This document shows positions 59,431-64,000 of a DNA stretch of 64,000 bases, piece after piece. This DNA is from Candidatus Micrarchaeum sp. Its GTDB lineage: Archaea; Micrarchaeota; Micrarchaeia; CABMEP01. The notes under the pieces were generated by a model that saw only the letters and a program-made list of their open reading frames with translations, was not told where the DNA came from and searched no databases. Position 1 is the stretch's first letter, and each line of letters starts with the position of its first letter. The position numbers and the translations under genes were made by a program. The stretch covers positions 2,668 to 66,667 of the forward strand of contig DYJP01000005.1 in the NCBI GenBank assembly GCA_020723065.1, written 5' to 3'.

Positions 59431-60732
59431 ATGCTTGACATAAAGCTCATAAGAAAAAACCCTGAAATAGTCAGAGCGGATCTCCAAAAAAGAGGAGACA
59501 TTGAAAAGATCCAGTGGCTGGAAGACTTAATCCAGAAAGACAAGGAATACAGGGAACTGCTCGGGGAAGTGGAGAAGCTCAGAGGCCAGAGAAATACGGT
59601 CACAAAGCAGATCGCAGACGCAATGAAGAACAAAGACATCCAGAAGGCAAATGAAGCCAAAAAAGCGGCTGCCGAAATACCTGAGAAGATAAGACAGGCA
59701 GAGCAAAAAATGGAAAAAATACAGGAGAAAGTCAAATTTTACCTCATGAGGTTACCGAATATACTCCATGAAAGCGTCCCAGTAGGAAAGGGAGAGGAAG
59801 ACAATGTGGTGGTAAGGACCTGGGGAATCCCCAAGAAAAAGGAAGACTATGGGTTCGAGATGAAAAGCCATGTCGACCTTCTACCAATGATTGACGGCGG
59901 AAACCTGGAGAAGGCTGCCGAAGTCTCAGGCGCAAGATTTTATTACTTAAAAAATGATCTAGTGCTGCTAGACATGGCTATCCAGAGAATGGTCATGGAC
60001 ATAATTGTAAAGAAAGGTTTCATTCCAGTGTATCCTCCATTCATGCTCAAGAAAGAACCATACGAAGGAGTGACCGACCTTGGAACGTTCGAGGAAGCAC
60101 TCTACAAAATAGAAGGAGAAGACCTCTATCTGATTTCCACTTCGGAACACCCTATAGCTGCAATGCACATGGGAGAGATAATTGAAGAGGAAAGGCTGCC
60201 GATCAAGTACGTTGGATTAAGCACCTGCTTCAGGAAGGAAGCCGGAGCCCACGGGAAGGACACGAAGGGAATATACCGAGTCCACCAGTTCAATAAGATA
60301 GAAATGTTCATATTCTGCAAGCCTGAAGACTCCTGGAAGCTCCACGAAGAACTTCTGAAGAACGCTGAGGAAGTGTTTCAGAAGCTCGAAATCCCCTACA
60401 GAATCATAAACACCTGTACTGGAGAGATAGGAATAGTGGCTGCTAAGAAATATGACCTTGAAGCTTGGATGCCGGTTCAAAATTCTTACAGGGAAATGGT
60501 TTCCTGCAGTAATTGCACAAGCTACCAGTCAATTAGACTAGGGATCAGATATGGCAAAATAGGGAGCGGAGAAAAAGAAAGCCTACACACCCTTAACAGC
60601 ACCGCGATAGCCACCCCCAGGGCGATAGTTGCGATAATGGAAAACCACCAGAACGCCGATGGATCCATAACTATTCCAAAGGCGCTCGTACCTTATTTCG
60701 GAAAGGACAGAATAGAGCCTGTAAAAAGATAG
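59431..60732 (+). CDS. serS: Serine--tRNA ligase
   Basis: N-terminal coiled coil. Class II motifs 2 and 3 (FRKEAG, GSGEKESLHTLNSTA). AGGTGA Shine-Dalgarno motif. Confidence 0.85.
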   Translation: MLDIKLIRKNPEIVRADLQKRGDIEKIQWLEDLIQKDKEYRELLGEVEKLRGQRNTVTKQIADAMKNKDIQKANEAKKAAAEIPEKIRQAEQKMEKIQEKVKFYLMRLPNILHESVPVGKGEEDNVVVRTWGIPKKKEDYGFEMKSHVDLLPMIDGGNLEKAAEVSGARFYYLKNDLVLLDMAIQRMVMDIIVKKGFIPVYPPFMLKKEPYEGVTDLGTFEEALYKIEGEDLYLISTSEHPIAAMHMGEIIEEERLPIKYVGLSTCFRKEAGAHGKDTKGIYRVHQFNKIEMFIFCKPEDSWKLHEELLKNAEEVFQKLEIPYRIINTCTGEIGIVAAKKYDLEAWMPVQNSYREMVSCSNCTSYQSIRLGIRYGKIGSGEKESLHTLNSTAIATPRAIVAIMENHQNADGSITIPKALVPYFGKDRIEPVKR

Positions 60733-60832
60733 CGATTTTTCCAATCCAAACAAGAATTAGCTTTAGAAAAGCAAGAGATAAATATAATTAAATTCAAATA
60801 ATAAGGAATAGATTTAAACAATAGAGAAAGTG

Positions 60833-62038
60833 ATGCGAATGAGCACGGACAAGCAGAAAAGAGAAATGACAAAGCTAATAAACAAGCTGCGAAACATAAG
60901 GGGCAGCGGCACGGAACTCATCAGCATCTACATACCAGCTGGATATCCCATTACTGAAACCATTAACAAGCTCAGGACAGAGCACGGTCAGGCAGGAAAC
61001 ATAAAGTCGAAGACCACGAGAGGCAACGTCCAGGATGCAATAGACAAAATACTTAATTACCTCAAACTTTTCAAGAAAACCCCCAAGAACGGGATCGCAA
61101 TATTCTGCGGAAACATTTCAAAGGATCCAGGAAAGACGGACATAGAACTCTTCTCCATAGAGCCTCCGCTCCCGCTCCAAGTCAGCATGTATAGGTGTGA
61201 CTCTGAATTCCTTCTGGAACCACTGCGAGAGCAGGGCAAAGTAAAAGAAAGATACGGGCTTGTCACCATAGACGGAAAAGACGCAACGATCGCGATACTC
61301 GAAGGCAACACTACTAAGATAGTCAAAAGACTCACCACCACAGGCCCGAGCAAGTCCACGAAAGGAGGATCGTCCGCAGCCAGGTACCAGAGATACGTGG
61401 AAGAGCTCATAGAGGATTACTACAAGAGAGTGGGAGAGGCGATGGACGAAACGCTCATAACCTCAGGAATAAAGAAAGTCATAGTCGGAGGCCCGGGACC
61501 GGTAAAAGAGAATTTCCTAAAAATGAAGGCATTCAACTACCAGTTCCAGATCATAGCCGTTCTGGACACCGGATACGTCGATGACTACGGGATACAGGAG
61601 CTCGCGAGAAAGTCTGTTGAAGTGATATCCGAGGAGAAGGCCAAGAAGCAGAAGAAGCTGATGGACCAGTTCTTCGGAGAGGTAGCAAAGAACGGACTCG
61701 CAGTATACGGCCCGAAGGAAACTCTTGAAGCCATGGACAGCGGAAAGCTCAGCCTGCTTCTCCTTTCGGAAGGAATAGAGACCAAACACTATGTCATCCA
61801 GTGCGAGGAAGGGGAAGAAGAACAGTTCATAGACGGCGACATCAAGGAGAAGGAAATGAGATGCAGCCACGGAAAGAAGATAGAGAAGCTTATCAACGAA
61901 CAGGAAGTATTTGATGAAGCCTACGAAAAGGCAGAAAAGCACGGAATCGAGCTCGAACTGATCCCTGCCGACAGCAACGAAGGAAAGCAGTTTCTTGGCG
62001 GATTCAGAGGAATCGGCGGAATACTAAGATACAAATAG
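60833..62038 (+). CDS. prf1: Peptide chain release factor aRF1, with a GGS in place of the GGQ motif
   Basis: aRF1 N-domain with NIKS (GQAGNIKSKTTRGNV). Domain 2 reads TKGGSSAARYQRY, where GGQSALRF is expected. Confidence 0.8.
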   Translation: MRMSTDKQKREMTKLINKLRNIRGSGTELISIYIPAGYPITETINKLRTEHGQAGNIKSKTTRGNVQDAIDKILNYLKLFKKTPKNGIAIFCGNISKDPGKTDIELFSIEPPLPLQVSMYRCDSEFLLEPLREQGKVKERYGLVTIDGKDATIAILEGNTTKIVKRLTTTGPSKSTKGGSSAARYQRYVEELIEDYYKRVGEAMDETLITSGIKKVIVGGPGPVKENFLKMKAFNYQFQIIAVLDTGYVDDYGIQELARKSVEVISEEKAKKQKKLMDQFFGEVAKNGLAVYGPKETLEAMDSGKLSLLLLSEGIETKHYVIQCEEGEEEQFIDGDIKEKEMRCSHGKKIEKLINEQEVFDEAYEKAEKHGIELELIPADSNEGKQFLGGFRGIGGILRYK

Positions 62039-62113
62039 ATCCAGATCGATCCTATTTCTAAACAAACAAGCCTGGCATCAATTTTTTTCGAATAAAAAAG
62101 GCAAAGAAAAAAA

Positions 62114-62755
62114 TTAGCTTGAATTCGCGGATGTGATCACGCTGGTTTTTCCTGATGAAGATATCCTGAATGAACATTCGTCTGTGAAAGATTCATCCAC
62201 AAAAATGAAAGCCGTATTGACACTAAATATTGAATACGAAGCCCCGTACCTTATATAGAATGTCACATGGGCTGGATTGAGGTTCGCTGACTCTATTTCT
62301 GCGATGCATTCAGATGCAGTCTTCACCGAAGTCTCATTGGATACCTGGCTTTCGTTCAGACTAGGAGAACTGTAAGTGCAGGAATCGCCTTCTATAACAT
62401 ATACCGAAAGCATTGATATATTCTTTCCAAGTTTGCCCCAACTTCCCGCAAGGCCCGCTCCACAGGCATACACATACTGAGAATTGCTTGCATCAAGATC
62501 TGTCACGTTGGCAACTATGGAGATGCTTTCTGCGTTATAAAGTGTTTCGCTGAACTCCTGGACATTTCCTGTGTAATTTATCGCATTGTCCGATTTGCCT
62601 ATATCACTGCTTATCGGCTTTGAGGTGCTGAACACCCAGAAAAGAACAATGAAAACTACAAAAAGGGCAAACGCCAAGAACATCATATCCTTCGTCACTC
62701 TCGTCTTTCTCGACGCTTCCTGATCTTTCACTCCTTTTTTCAATTTTTCCGCCAT
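62114..62755 (-). CDS. Hypothetical membrane-anchored extracellular protein
   Basis: N-terminal TM helix, Ser/Asn-rich ectodomain, several N-x-S/T sequons. Confidence 0.4.
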   Translation of the reverse strand: MAEKLKKGVKDQEASRKTRVTKDMMFLAFALFVVFIVLFWVFSTSKPISSDIGKSDNAINYTGNVQEFSETLYNAESISIVANVTDLDASNSQYVYACGAGLAGSWGKLGKNISMLSVYVIEGDSCTYSSPSLNESQVSNETSVKTASECIAEIESANLNPAHVTFYIRYGASYSIFSVNTAFIFVDESFTDECSFRISSSGKTSVITSANSS

Positions 62756-62791
62756 TAGCTCACCATCATCCTTCTGAATTCGAAAAAAAAA

Positions 62792-64000
62792 TCATTCCAT
62801 GAATTCGGCCACATAGCATTTCTCAAAATACTCCTGACCTCCCTGGATTATTCCTTCCGGCTTATAGAACGTGTAGAAATTCGAGTCATCTATATCAGAA
62901 TACTGGAGCTGTATCAAGGGCTCATCACCCAAGTCCGACATACATTCAGTAAGAAGCCTGTCGTTACATATTCCGTCAACAACGGATATCTTATTGACTT
63001 CTACTCCATCCATTATGAATTTGACTTCAAGGTCGGATGCGCAGCCAAGGATAGCTGTTGAATTTTCAGTTGAAAGATATTCCACCATAATATTTACCTT
63101 GCCCGCATCCTTCACTTCAGACATGAAGTCATAAATGGACGTACTGCTGATCTCGTTAGAGATTGCGACGTTCAAGGCGTAAGACAATCCAAGCAGCAAA
63201 ACTATCACCACTGCGAAGATCGCTATCCAGGTATTGATCACTTTGGTCCTGAGGAATGCGGACGAACCTTTCATCACAAGGAAGAAGAACGCAACTGAGA
63301 AAACTGCAAGGAGCAGTATGTCAGTAATTCCTATTATGATGAGCGGTATGTTAGTCATCCACGCCCTCTTCTCACTCTCCTTTATTCCCAGAGGGGTTGA
63401 GAATGTATCGAGAACCGCTAGGGAGACTCCCTTCATTGTTGACGACAATGCCGAAGGAACTGTCTCTGCATTCGATTCCTTTTTCTTGGCAATTAGAGCT
63501 TCAAGATCTTTGACTATGCCGGAGAATTCATCCGAGAATGAAGGAATCTCGGAATAAACTATCTTCTCCGAGAGCTTTGCATTCAAACTACTGTATTTGC
63601 TCTTCAATGTCTGAAGGTCTGCATACAGCGTGGAATCTGATTCATCTATGACCACCGATGCCTTCTCGAAGAGCATCTCTGCATTGTCCCTGTAGTCGAC
63701 CATGGTATTGAAAGATGAGTAAGTTATGTTCAGATAATTCTCAAAATCGTCCAATTCGTCCACTATATAGCTGAGAACCAAGCCAGCAGAATCCGTCTGC
63801 CCGCTACTGAGATTAGCATAGAACGCCTGATTGAGGGATTCGACCGATGACAGGTAATTGCTTATCTGGGAATCATCCATAAGTTCAAGTATGGATGTTC
63901 CGGTATCTGAAAGTTCGTTGTACCTTGAAGACAGGTTATTAAACTGATTCTGAAGGTTTAATTTCGCCTTCGTGCTTCCATATAGATCTATTCTCCTGAA
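62792..64000 (-). CDS. Hypothetical membrane protein. The ORF continues past the window end, so the 5' end is incomplete.
   Basis: The frame stays open upstream of the ATG at 63880 to position 64000. Central TM pair and a Cys-containing C-terminal domain. Confidence 0.4.
   Translation of the reverse strand, partial: FRRIDLYGSTKAKLNLQNQFNNLSSRYNELSDTGTSILELMDDSQISNYLSSVESLNQAFYANLSSGQTDSAGLVLSYIVDELDDFENYLNITYSSFNTMVDYRDNAEMLFEKASVVIDESDSTLYADLQTLKSKYSSLNAKLSEKIVYSEIPSFSDEFSGIVKDLEALIAKKKESNAETVPSALSSTMKGVSLAVLDTFSTPLGIKESEKRAWMTNIPLIIIGITDILLLAVFSVAFFFLVMKGSSAFLRTKVINTWIAIFAVVIVLLLGLSYALNVAISNEISSTSIYDFMSEVKDAGKVNIMVEYLSTENSTAILGCASDLEVKFIMDGVEVNKISVVDGICNDRLLTECMSDLGDEPLIQLQYSDIDDSNFYTFYKPEGIIQGGQEYFEKCYVAEFME

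Noticed and set aside
60833-62038. Possibility that the aRF1 GGS variant signals stop-codon reassignment
   Set aside because: TAA, TGA and TAG all terminate well-supported genes in this window and the NIKS motif is intact. A genetic-code change is therefore not supported.
1-64000. CRISPR arrays, integrases or transposases
   Set aside because: No regularly spaced direct repeats. No recombinase, transposase or Cas-like ORFs in any frame.

Overview
AT-rich archaeal chromosomal segment with compact, operon-dense coding. Features supporting an archaeal origin include a histone, aEF-1beta, the thermosome, Cbf5, L14e/L18e/S3Ae, RpoN/RpoD, aRF1, Elp3 and intron-containing tRNAs; it may come from a small-genome DPANN-like lineage, but that is a guess. 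No CRISPR array, integrase or transposase was seen.

Main contents:
- A typical archaeal ribosomal/RNAP cluster (S13-S4-S11-RpoD-tRNA-L18e-L13-S9-X-RpoN-tRNA-S2).
- aaRS genes (Gly, Ser, and a Val/Leu/Ile-type), SecDF, NrdR plus class II RNR, RNase HII, and the deoxyhypusine synthase/agmatinase pair.
- Five tRNAs, two of which appear to carry introns, one at a non-canonical T-loop position.

Most unusual loci:
1. A tight five-gene minus-strand operon (27471->20920): wHTH regulator, DnaQ-like DEDD exonuclease, Lhr/MrfA-like helicase with a C-terminal 4-Cys ribbon, XPD/Rad3 FeS helicase, and a YprB/MrfB-like RNase-H-fold exonuclease. This two-helicase plus two-exonuclease module could be a novel repair or defence system.
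2. A 1097-aa orphan ORF exactly bracketed by tRNA-Pro(CGG) and tRNA-Leu(CAG), with a 630-bp gene-free spacer. It has only weak DxE/DxD motifs suggestive of an exonuclease or nucleotidyltransferase fold.
3. An aRF1 whose universally conserved GGQ motif reads GGS.

All annotations come from reading ORF translations and sequence motifs by eye; no searches were run.
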